Shown: piece after piece, positions 22,493 through 33,000 of the stretch | Layout of the letters: each line of letters starts with the position of its first letter | Position numbering within the stretch: position 1 is the first letter of the stretch | DNA from: Dicyema japonicum | Lineage: Eukaryota; Animalia; Dicyemida | DNA length: 33,000 nucleotides | Direction of reading: 5' to 3' | Assembly: GCA_011109175.1 (NCBI GenBank) | Contig: RDEW01000029.1 | Span: 96,158-129,157 of the forward strand | The notes under the pieces: generated by a model | What the model was told of the DNA's origin: nothing | Seen by the model: the letters and a program-made list of their open reading frames with translations, nothing else | The model's database searches: none | Made by a program: the position numbers and the translations under genes

Positions 22493-22619
22493 ACACTTCT
22501 TAGGAATTGAAGAAGGCAAGGACCAAAAACGAATCCTTTAACGGTGTAGATAGCGTTATGAGGATCGAACATAGGTGTTTAAGTAACCCCGGCTTCACTA
22601 ACTTTTAGAATGCCAGCAG

Positions 22620-24460
22620 CTATTAAATAGGACAGAGGAATGTCGGTGGCTGCCATAGATCGACGTTGTAGACACGAACGTTGTGCTAATTCATGACATT
22701 CAAATAGCTGATTTGTTCTCAAATCGTAGAGGTTTTAAAAGGGATAGAGGACATCGTACGTTGGTAGATATAGGTGGTGCCCACATAGTAGAGGAGCCAG
22801 GATTACCCGGATATCCCTCGGAAAAAAAGATTCTGATTGGTCTATTGGAGGAGGGGCCGGTGTAGTATTTCATTATTATCGACTCTTCGGATGGTCCTCT
22901 TAAAAACAAAATCGTGTATCTGTTTCAGGCGACTCCTGTCATTAGGGCTGGAAGGGTGGATGATAGCATTCGAGACAGGTCACTGGTTGTCATAATACTT
23001 TCTCTTTTGTTTTGGGGTTTGGGTGGTCTGGGCTGTAGGTCTCCAATTAGAAGGATTTTTGATTTCTATTGAAGATGGTCAATAAGGATTGATCAGAGAC
23101 ATCCAGTAAATGTTCTGAGCGTGATGTTTTAGACTTTGTAGTTTGTCGATAGAAGTGAAGGAGACAGGGGTTGACCAACAAGGACTTGCATAGTTAATTG
23201 TGATTCAATGAATTGTTTATGATGGTTAGGGCCTCTGCTTTGGCAGAAGGAATGGCCTGACACAGCTTTCATTATGTTGATTTTGCGAGAGGCCTTTGTG
23301 CATTGGTCCTTGGGTTGTTTCGTAACGGGCAGTGTTTGCACATGAATTGTTAGAATTGGTTAAAAATTAGTGAATACAATGACAATGGATTTCGACGGAG
23401 GAGATAGGTGGTTTGTTCCAAAGCACTTTTCAAGAGTGTTCAAGTGGTTGTGAACATCCTTCGTTGCTTCGTTAACGTATTTGTCTTTAGAGGCGATAAT
23501 CAGGTCATCCGCATATGATAGGAGTGTCTAAGAACTAGTTGGAATATAGGTGCAAGTTGAATAATATAAGAGACAAAGCGGAGTCTTGGAGAACTCGTTT
23601 GGATGGAATCGGTAGTGAGTGAGTCCTTCTGGAATGTGTTTCTTGTCAGCACTAAGGACAACCTCATCAAAAAAAATTTCACTGCAGCTTCAAGTGATTT
23701 GAAATTATCAACAGAAAAGTCGGATAACAATTTTTCCGTTTCTTCTCGGAAGGATCCCATTTGTACGTTTTTAATTTATTATGGTTTTTCTGTGCCTAAC
23801 AATGAGCGAAAGTAGTTCGATTGTATTATGGTCAGAGTGGAGGTCATATATAACTTTCAGGATATCGCTGAAGATAGCGAAGATATATTGGAGTGTCTCG
23901 GGAAGCTGTCCAAGTGTGTGATTTTTTTTGTCATTGAGGATAACTAGTTGTTCTAGTTAAGAGAGGATCTGAAACCCCCTCTCATTACTCTTTTGACCCA
24001 TTAGCCAAAGTGGATCCCATGTTTGAATTCGGTCGATCACGGAGGACAATTGAATAATCTTTGATGTAAGAAAGAATTGATTTCCTGGATAGTTTCGTTT
24101 CTGTAGGAGGGCAATGTCGATTTTGTGGGTAGTGAGAAAGGCACAAGTTCGGTGAATTTGTGTGAGATCGTTTATGTTGAATTGCATGACACTGAGGCAT
24201 TTCCCGTTCTTGTGAGGCCCAGGGTTCTGTTTGATGTCCCCAGCGAGGACTATGAGTAGCCAATCCGATCTTTGGGAGAGAAAGCTATTCCCCATTCAAT
24301 AGTCGCCATTATCCAGTCCAACATATCAGAGGTCGTTGAACAGGTTGACAGGGGAATAATTGTAGTTCTCTTAGTTGCCAGATTAAAACTGATATTCAAT
24401 TTTCTCCACGTGAAGGTGAACCACATCGAAAATTTGGGGATCGAACCTAACAAACTTTTC
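22620..24460 (-). mobile_element. Ingi/I-like non-LTR relic: 2A-like peptide, APE endonuclease, post-RT region; most RT core not seen
   Basis: LLIVLAGDIKQNPGP followed by VMQFNIN.L, HKIDIALL/ETKLS, YSIVLRDR; further on RKINIMKAVSG, LRTFTGCL and a DLW..P C-terminus; many stops and frameshifts. Confidence 0.75.
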
Positions 24461-24646
24461 ACTATTAAAATTCTTAAAATGATAAAATATTTTTACAGTT
24501 TATATTTTTAAATAAGAAAGTATTAAAAATGATTAAAAATTAAAATTAACGCAATAAAATAATACAATTAATTTATAACCGGCGAACCAAATGAAATAAA
24601 TTGTAAGTAAACAAAAAATGGCATAATATATTACTTAGTGAAGGTT

Positions 24647-26392
24647 ATGTTCAAAAGCCCAATTAACATCCTCACAGAATACTGTATTAAAAGGAACTTA
24701 AAAAGTACTATGAGGCCTTAAAATTAGTTCATTTGAAGGAAACAAAAATAAATTTTCCTCTCCTGAACATAGGAATATCATTTTTCATAGAAGAGGAAGA
24801 GTGTGAAATGGCTGTGGGGTTCAACAAGAAGGAAATGAAACTAAATGCAGCAATAAATGCTCTTCGAAGACTCCACGAACGAAATGAAATAACCGAATAT
24901 AACTTTGACAGTACTTTTAAGATTGAGTCAAGGAATCAATCATGAAGTGGGCCCAAAGCACAACGCCTCCTCACTGGTATCAGAATACTGTGGGATGAAA
25001 AAGATCAATTTGGTCTTTGAATGTAACAAGGTGGAGAATAGAGAGTAATAGAGAGTATTGACGATAGGTTTGAGGGGAAAGTGTACTTTAACTCCCAAGT
25101 GATAGCCTCAGCCATGGGGATCAACAAGAAGTTGGTGAAAAGAATAGCCATGAACGAGGCTCTGCTGTATCTGATAGAGGCCAACAAAGTATGAGTGATT
25201 GTAAGCCAAGTCAAGTATATTAAAGCTGGGGATTGATGCAATAAACGAGAATTTGGGGAGGAGGATCGCCCACAAATGTGAGGAGATGTACCACAACATC
25301 ATATTGACGAACCCCCAATTCTCCCTAGGGAACAGAATGCTGTCGGGAATTGTCATCCAAAGTACTATCAAACTAATAGCAGACACAATCACAGATGAAC
25401 TGTCATTGGTTAGTATGGGGACAGGTAATAACCACGTGATGGGGGAGTATATGTCACTCAATGGAGAGTGCATTCACGACAGTCACGCAGAAGTCATTGC
25501 CAGACGAGCATTCATTAAGTTATCACTGATTTTAATGTAGACTGCTATACTCTGAGATAAAACAATATTATAGAAATGCAGACCACGTGGGTAAATACTT
25601 GACGAGAGAAGAAAAGGATTGGTTCGTCCTAAGAAAGGAGTTGAGGGTTCACTTTTATGTGAGTAATATTCCGTGTGGAGTAGCCTCTAAATTGGTGAAG
25701 AATGAGAACGATTATTGTCTGGATGTGTTCAAGAAGACGAGGACCAAGATAGAGAGAGGTTGGTGACCCCTAATATTGAAGGGGAGGGGACCAAGGACTC
25801 TAAGAGTGAAGTCATACAAACATGGGATGGACTATTAAAGGGAAGTCGACTGCTAACAATGTCCTGTTCTGATAAGATACTGAAGTGGAACATCCTGGGA
25901 CTCCAAGGGAACTTGTTGGGGAACTTTGTGAAGCCGATCTATATGAATTCGATGGTGATTGTGAGTCCAATGGAGGAGAGACTTATGTTTAACGCATTTA
26001 TGGGGAGGTATGACTTGACTGGGACTGTTGACGTATACACTATCCCCACTGACCAAATGACTAAGCCTCAGAACCTGCAGAGATTCAGTCTTAACTGGTT
26101 TGAGGGTGCGGAAGTGGAGGTTGTTGATGGAATGACGGGGTCACTCAATTACTCCGATTTTAAAAGTAGCCGGCTCTGCAAGAAGGAATTTTTGAAGGAT
26201 TTTGATGAAATAGTAGATTGTAGTGATAATCTGTGCGGTTATTACCCCCACCAGTCGAACTATATTGAGGCAAAGAGTATTAATAATGGATATGTTAACA
26301 AATTGAGGGAGTTTAAGTGGGCATTGACTATTAATAATATGGGATATTGGATTACTAAACCCGGTGACATTTGCTATTTTAATTCTAATTAG
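24647..26392 (+). CDS. ADAR: dsRNA adenosine deaminase (2 dsRBD + deaminase), ~536 aa, 6 introns of 22-23 nt
   Basis: Introns 24705-24727, 24911-24932, 25045-25067, 25189-25210, 25519-25540, 25759-25781. Two dsRBD-like units (G.NKK), DSHAEVIARR, PCG, RTKIERG|EGT, TWDG..G.RLLTMSCSDK..WN..GLQG, W..KP. 1746 - 135 nt = 537 codons. Confidence 0.93.
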
Positions 26393-27135
26393 TTTTGGTT
26401 ATTTTGGTTAGGCTTTGCTGTTCATTTAAGTCAATAAGTAGATTTGTGTGGAAATGCGCTTTTCTCTTACCTGTTGATATCTAACGGTAGGAGGGAAAGT
26501 GATTCGACTCTTTGAATCCCCGGAGTTTCTGCTACGAGGGGAATCTATGTTACATAATTGTTGTGTCACTGTCTGTTTTCATAAGGCCATTTTCCAAAGT
26601 GAGGTAAAAATGATCTTTATGACATCAAGGCCTGGTTAAGGAAAATAGAGGATTGGTCCACAAGTTATAAGTGGTCAAAATAAATTGATAATCAAATCGG
26701 GACCACGAAAGAAGGTCCCAGGGCTAGAAAAAGTCAAAATTTTGAATTTCATGGTTATGTTAAAATGACATTTTAGGAATCAGAATTAGTGAGCACATGT
26801 ATAGGTCTCAATTCGGAGAGCAGCCAGTATTTGTTAATTGCTAGTGTTTTATGAATTTTTTTTGATTAAAAAAATTTTTTACTGAAAACAGATCCTACCA
26901 GAAACAAGATCTTTTATGCAAAAGTGTAAAATAACATCTCCGTCAATGGTCACCAGAGATGGGACCAACTAACTCCAGACTAAGATAGAATGATCTCATG
27001 ATCGGGATGCACCATGTGAACTCTTTGGTCAACCATGGCCCCACATAACACACGTGGAGTTCTCAAAAGTGAAGCCAGCAATCAAACAAACACTAATTAT
27101 CAAACAAAAAAGTGAAAATGAAATAATCCACTAAA

Positions 27136-28016
27136 CTAAGATTTCGCAGAAGCAAGCAGCTTCGACTTGCTGGCCCCTCGTAGTCTTCCCGTCCTCCGAG
27201 CGGCAATCAAACCAACTTTCCTTCCAGGAGGAGCATTCCTGCTGGTTGTAGAAGCCATTCCAATATGCTGGTGATTTCCTCCACCAAACGGGTGTTCCAC
27301 GGGCTGAAATAACTCTCAAGCTTACATTCATGGCAACTCCTCGCACACGTGGCCAGCACTTGCGTTTTCTCTTATACTTCCAGTATGCTCTCCCAGCCTT
27401 TAGTAAAGGTTTCTCCAGGCGTCCCCCACCAGCCACAACTCCTACAAACGGTTCACAAAACCTCACCAACCGACTACGGCTCTGTTGGTGGAAGGGTAGG
27501 TTTTCTTGATCCCTGATGGGAGTTTCACACGTGTAGTTTTCGATTCCACATTGTGGGAGATCACCGTACTATATTCCCCAGAAGCACGCGACAGCTTACC
27601 GCGATCACCACACTTTTCTTCAAGGGAGCTGATTATGGTTCCCTCTGGCATGGCTCCAATTGGAAGTACATTACCCACGCATAGATTGGCTGCAATAAGA
27701 CAATGTGGTACCCTTCAGTCCGCAATATATGTGCTGTCCTGTATAGAGTCCCTCCACAGCAGGAAAGTGCTGGGTGTCACGACCGTATTTAGTAAGATCC
27801 CTGAACTCTACTTTAGCCAACGGAGCTCCCCTTCCGGGATCGTGCACAATGTCCTACAATTATAGTGGTCTAGCGTACCTTTACAACTCCCTTGATGTAA
27901 CCATATTTCTCGGGGTGATGAAGTGGTCTAAGTTTTGCAGGAGCTTTTCTGAGATGTGTTCTCGCCTTAAAAATTGAGCCTGCTCCCTTCCTCTGAGCTA
28001 AAATAACTCTCCCCAT
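27136..28016 (-). CDS. RPL8: 60S ribosomal protein L8 (uL2), 260 aa, 4 coding introns
   Basis: [21 protein letters not shown]|[36 protein letters not shown]|[15 protein letters not shown]. Introns 27854-27878 (25), 27690-27711 (22), 27442-27470 (29), 27304-27325 (22). Confidence 0.98.
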
Positions 28017-28017
28017 T

Positions 28018-28130
28018 CTAGTAACGAAATTAGTTTAACAAAAACAACGAGAATCACGTGATATTATAATAATTTATTATTATTTAGTTATTTTTAATTA
28101 ATATATATTTATTATTTTTATTTATGACAC
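28018..28130 (-). promoter_or_regulatory. RPL8 5' region: candidate 22-nt UTR intron, E-box palindrome, A/T tract
   Basis: GTTAAACTAATTTCGTTACTAG (28018-28039) ends 1 nt before the ATG; ATCACGTGAT at 28053-28062; near-pure A/T 28062-28125. Confidence 0.55.
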
Positions 28131-29464
28131 TTTTTGTCTTTATCGAGGAACCAGAAAACCCAGTTGAGGAATGGTTATCCATCCGGAGTCCTATCAGTCA
28201 TAAAGAAGGATACCATATCGAGTTCCTTTGCAGAAATTAATGAAGACAGTTTCAAAAAAGACTGGAATCTTTTGTGGACCTGGAATTCTTGGAATTACTG
28301 ATCTGGAATCACTTAATTGACTTTGACACCTTTTTCCTTGGTAATCTTGGCGTTCTTTAAATCATAATTCTGACGTCATTTCTTATACCAGTAAGTGGTG
28401 GTAGGTGATCTCTATAAAGACGTTTTAATTGCTCGGTCAAGTTTGTGATATGAATAGCCTTCTTGTAGCAAGTCGGAGGAGGGATTCGTCTAACCCCTCT
28501 AGTATGTCAATCGTACTTTCAATCTGCCTACTCTGTTTGCAATTTCATCTTTCAAGCATGCAATAAACTAGTGGAAAGGACAGTAGGGAGTGCAGCACAA
28601 ACGTAACCCTGAGTATTCATGGACTAGATAGTGTTTGGTTTGTAGTTACCCAGATTGACCCCACATATCACTGTTAAATTATCCTAGCATTTTCAGTACC
28701 ACCTCATCTGTTCCTCTTGGGATCCCTACACTCTCGCTACAGGAGATTCTCAAGTTGGATGAACCGTGTACCAGATTTCATCAAATGTCATAGAAGGGGG
28801 TTACTTCTGTAGAGTTTCTGTAGTTGTGGATGAACCACCAATAAATACTTTCCAAATATCCGCCAATTGTTGCTATGAAACAGTCACCCTGCAGGAGAAT
28901 GAGCCTTCTATGAGGACACTCACGCAAAGAGACAATTTCTTTTAATTTGGGGCTAGACGAGATTCAATACGTGCATCCACCTCTACCCTTGTTAAGAACT
29001 TTCGGCTTCCAATGTCTCCTGATGTTGTCACAAGGACTTTCTTCCGTCATGAAGCCAAGTAGACATTCTGTGGAATAGAGGTGCGTTAAAACCTCCCCAT
29101 CAATTGGCCATTGTCTACCTGGACAATCAATTAACTCATTTCCACAAAGGAATGCTCAAGTAAATGGGGGATAGAAAATGCCCCCTTTGACGTCGTCCTG
29201 GTTATTTCCAAAAAAGATTACTCATTTCCGTCACAGATAGTATTAATCAAGTCACTACATGAACGCAGTCATATTGTCATTTCTTTGCACGTGTTGCCAG
29301 ATGATGATAAAAGTCATTACGAAAGATTCTAGAACTTCAACATTTCATCATTTCTCCCATCTCATAGGGGAAACCCCGTCACGTGGCTAAAATAATCAAT
29401 TTCCTAAGGCATCAATAAAAGGAAAAGTACCGCCTTAGAATTCTCGCCAATTTATTGGTCGCCT

Positions 29465-29545
29465 GCGAGTTCCAGAACAGTCCAGTTCCGAAGTGAGACA
29501 TCAGTAAAGACGGCGTCACCCGTCAAGCCAGAAGACATCGTATGT
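29465..29545 (-). mobile_element. SINE 3' fragment
   Basis: tccagttccgaagtgag..ggcgtcacccgtcaa matches 14956-15002. Confidence 0.7.
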
Positions 29546-29768
29546 CACCAGTGGGGTCGCCTGAATCGCGATTAGTTTTCGGTTTGATCCCCACTAAGAG
29601 CCGACAAATAATTTCATTTGAGAATCCACCCCCACTTTAATTTGTCATATGTTCACCATACTCCTTCTCATGTTTGATGTACGAGTCAGTTTTGTCACAA
29701 TTGAGGATATTGAGGATATCACGTCTCTAAAACTACGCAACAAGGACAGATGAAATGGATTCCTTCAC

Positions 29769-29878
29769 GACGTAGAATCTCTCTTCCGATTTATATCTTA
29801 ATAACTCCCATCCAATGACGTAGAATCTCTCTTCCCGATTTATATCTTAATAACTCCCATCCAATGACGTAGAATCTC
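29769..29878. repeat. Tandem repeat, 48-49 bp x ~2.3
   Basis: gacgtagaatctctcttcc(c)gatttatatcttaataactcccatccaat units start at 29769, 29817 and 29866. Confidence 0.95.
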
Positions 29879-30911
29879 CTTGATGATGACCAACAACATC
29901 TGCATCCATGTTGCTTTTTGCTGGTCGAAGGGGATTTCAATATGCTTCTGTCCTTAGAAGTGAGTCATTCTATTGATTGTTCCGCATCTGTTTCATGTAT
30001 CCTGTGCCACAGTTGGGGTCCTTTCTGGCCATGTTAATATGTCCCTTTTCGTTCTTCACAAAGGTTGGCGCTTCCTTAATGGGAGTGGGCAATGGTCATT
30101 TTAAGATCACTGTCAATCATGTCCACTGTAGAAGCAAGTATTAGTCCCTTCCTTATGTAGGGGTAATTCAAAATCTATTGGAAGTAGATTTCGATAACCC
30201 GGTAGTCAGAATTCTTCCTGTGACCTGACCACGTGGTGTTGCGTTTGGTTGGGTACATGAAAGCAGTGTTGCAGGTGAATAAATTATTTGCCTGTCAGAA
30301 ATCGACAAGTAAGGTTCTTAGCATTTTTTTTCTTAAGGATTCTCATTATTTTGAGTTGTAGTACCCCCTGTCATTAATGCTCCAGTATTGGGGTATATTG
30401 GAAACCGAATCATTCCATATTATTACCCCAGGATCTCCGTGTTAAAAGGAAAATTCCTAACTAACTAAGTGACTCCAGACCGATAAGGGGGAGGTCCTAT
30501 CTGACGTGGACAAGAATCCTGGATGGCTCTTCAGAAAGGACATCTCATATCTCGGGTGGTTTTTGAGGGATTTGGTGATGTCTTCGTAGAGGGGCTGTTG
30601 GGTTGACTAGCTGCCCTCACCAACTTCAGTTGTCGTCCTATAAAAACTGCTTCAGGAAGCGTACAAAAAGTTGAAGCCATGACCGAAGAAGACGCAATTG
30701 AATTTACTGTGGAATACTAAAGGCTATAATGGAAAAGATCATGTCACACTCGAGCCCAGGTGAAGACTTGGTCAAAATTGATTTTAGGAACTCACAACTT
30801 TTATTAGGAGACAGAAAAGCTGTCAGATCAAGAAACGCTAAATTATTCGCCATCTGTGCTCAGTCATCATCTGGACCTGTAACATAAGTAACACAGGCGA
30901 AACAGAAGGAA

Positions 30912-31060
30912 GAAGTCGTCCAGTCTTTGCAGTTGTGAGAACCCCTCCAATGGAGTGGGGGAGACCAAATGTTTCTTTTCATTCCATCCCGACAATGGGC
31001 GTCACACAACGCCAATCCAATAGAACGAGAGAATGAAGAGAAGAAAGGAAGAGAAACCCT
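30912..31060. repeat. Unidentified dispersed repeat A, copy 2
   Basis: Homologous to 4144-4300. Confidence 0.7.
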
Positions 31061-31257
31061 AGCCAGAATGAATATTTAGTGGTAAATTAAGGCAAATCGG
31101 TACAACTTCCAATCTTCTTTTTTGAGTAAGTTACGTCAACTAATGCACATGTTCGATTACGTCAGACTAAAGTGCCCAATGTCGATTATTTGATTAAGCC
31201 TTGTTCAGTAAAGCATTTTTTACTAATCAGTCATATTTTGAAAGTTAACAAGGTTGA

Positions 31258-31435
31258 GAAATGGCCAGGGTTTCCTACGCTTCTGCAATGAGCTAGGAAA
31301 ACGATTCAATGAGAGGGTGGTTCACGGAGAGGCCGCCAATAGAAATTCCCTTGCAGACACGATAGAAGCAATTGGGTCGCTGGGGGATCACTCAAGGAGG
31401 GTTCGAGAGCTATTGGAGGCAGGGATCACCAAATT
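31258..31435 (+). repeat. Unidentified coding-like dispersed repeat C, copy 2
   Basis: Homologous to 9790-10005; open frame in this copy. Confidence 0.8.
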
Positions 31436-33000
31436 AGTTGGTTTAACATTTCTTTCTTGGTGGTCTTGAGTTGAGAGTTACCCCCTCATGATTGCGAACC
31501 AAATTTTCTGAAGGTACCATCGCGTCGTTGTAAAATCTCCCATTTGTTATCTGCAGGACATCCAATCGTTAGTTAGTTACCCCAACCGTATAAACATTTT
31601 GGAGGTTGGCCGCCATCAATCAGCCAGGTCAAAGTTATGGGGGCTCCCAAAAGTCCCTTAGAATCATTACTGGTCCTGAAAAGATTTGTGGGGGAAGGGA
31701 GCCGAAATTCATATCCATCCCAAAAGCAGAAATGATCCGAGAGGATTGAATTGTTGATGGATTGAACTGTACCCCAATTCATATAAGCTGAGCACGTGTG
31801 ACTTTTTAGAAAAATAGAAAATCACACTCAAAATATTTGTGTCGTTTAAATTCTGAGATTTGATTTGAGGCCGCCCATAAATTCCGGACATTTCTCTTCA
31901 ATCAGATTTAATCATATCATACTAAGAACATTCGAGAATAACTACCTATTCTCCCCGTCCCTTCACAGGGAGATAGGTCCTCAAATATAACGAGATTCCA
32001 ATCCAGGACATAATACTGTAACAGACTTGTACATCAACTGTCCCCTGAGTCGATCATAGAGGTACGTGACAACCCCAATCCTCCAGGAAGCCAAATTTAA
32101 GTATAAAACTCCCATTATGGACGTGGCTAAGATTGATTCGGTAAATACAGTCTTGGATAACTGAATTCATGAAGCATCCACACCAGACTGATGGGACCAA
32201 TTCAAAAACCCTTCGATCTGAGATGTCTTTACTTATTTGAGCACTCAACCTAGCACATTCTGACCCACGGAGACAGCAACCAGCACAACTTCCCTATTCT
32301 GTAATATTCAAATATGAATATTCAGATTAGCACATTTCTACTGGGTTCCTACAAAGAAATTGGACATCATATATTCATCCCTGACCAAACCCTCTTATGA
32401 AGATTGCATTATGAAAACTATTCCGCTAAAGAATGAAGTGATGTCCGCGACGGTAGGACGTGGGACAAAAATGGAAGAGGGCGGACCTACTTCTCCACCT
32501 CTCTTCGGAAGCCTGTAATGAAGTATTGGAAGATGGATTTGGTCGGCACAAGCAGATGTTCTCCCTTTGGTTCCTTCCTTGGATTAGTTAGTTATGACTG
32601 TTTGTGCTGGGCTTACAATGGTAAGCCTGGGGTTAATAATAATACCAACGCACGTGAGTAAATCTGGATATAACTTGAGTACTTAGAGAATGTGGTTTGA
32701 TTAAAGACCCCCATAAGATAATCTGATTTGCTGATAATCTAAAGTACAAATTACTCAAATGTTTAATGAACTAAAAATATTTAACAGAAATGAAAAATCC
32801 ATAAATTAATTAATCAATGTAAATATTGATTATCGCGAATGAAACTATGGAAATAAGCGATTGATTACGTTATAACAACGCCAACTAGGCTACTTTCAAA
32901 CTGTAAGGTCAACTGACGTGATAATTAATCATTTTTCTAAGAATGGATGAGACTCATTTTAATGTCAGTAGTGTCGATCAAATATTCTCGAATTGTGGCA

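Larger units (their letters stand above)
28350..30400 (-). mobile_element. Heavily decayed RTE-like non-LTR element (limits uncertain)
   Basis: LFTCNTAFMYPTKRNTTWSG and IDSDL resemble the APE C-terminal NT.F....TW and SDH motifs; VGIPRG and LQGD further along resemble RT QG motifs. Confidence 0.5.

Noticed and set aside
15970-27977. Many short ORFs overlapping CTC1, TBC, ADAR and RPL8
   Set aside because: Antisense or off-frame shadows of real exons.
11350-28016. Alternative genetic code or pseudogenes explaining in-frame stops
   Set aside because: Stops and frameshifts fall inside 21-29 nt GT-initial segments whose removal restores conserved proteins; TAA, TAG and TGA all serve as real terminators.
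29769-29878. CRISPR-like array
   Set aside because: Contiguous tandem units with no spacers, in eukaryotic DNA.
32400-32620. Possible RT motif GGPTSPPLF
   Set aside because: Single degenerate motif, insufficient for a call.

Overview
Eukaryotic, almost certainly animal, genomic DNA; all gene models are manual reconstructions compared with recalled human sequences, with no database searches. Six host genes sit among decayed transposons: PCC1/LAGE3-like (intronless), GALC (GH59), an N-terminally shortened CTC1, TBC1D8/9-like RabGAP (head-to-head with CTC1), ADAR and RPL8. Five are broken by about 55 micro-introns, all 21-29 nt, so the ORF track shows only fragments. The introns have no donor consensus beyond GT and accept TAG, CAG, AAG and GAG. 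Two in the TBC1D9-like gene give a sensible protein only as GT-TG introns (both end TGTTG|A), suggesting splice sites set by length or branch-point distance. The palindrome CACGTG occurs at least 32 times (about 4 expected), including inside exons and introns. Mobile DNA includes RTE-, CRE- and Ingi-like (with a 2A-like peptide) non-LTR relics, Tigger and hAT relics, a tRNA-derived SINE family and unidentified dispersed repeats. Tiny introns and fast-evolving proteins resemble dicyemid-type compact animal genomes, but the taxon cannot be fixed from this window.
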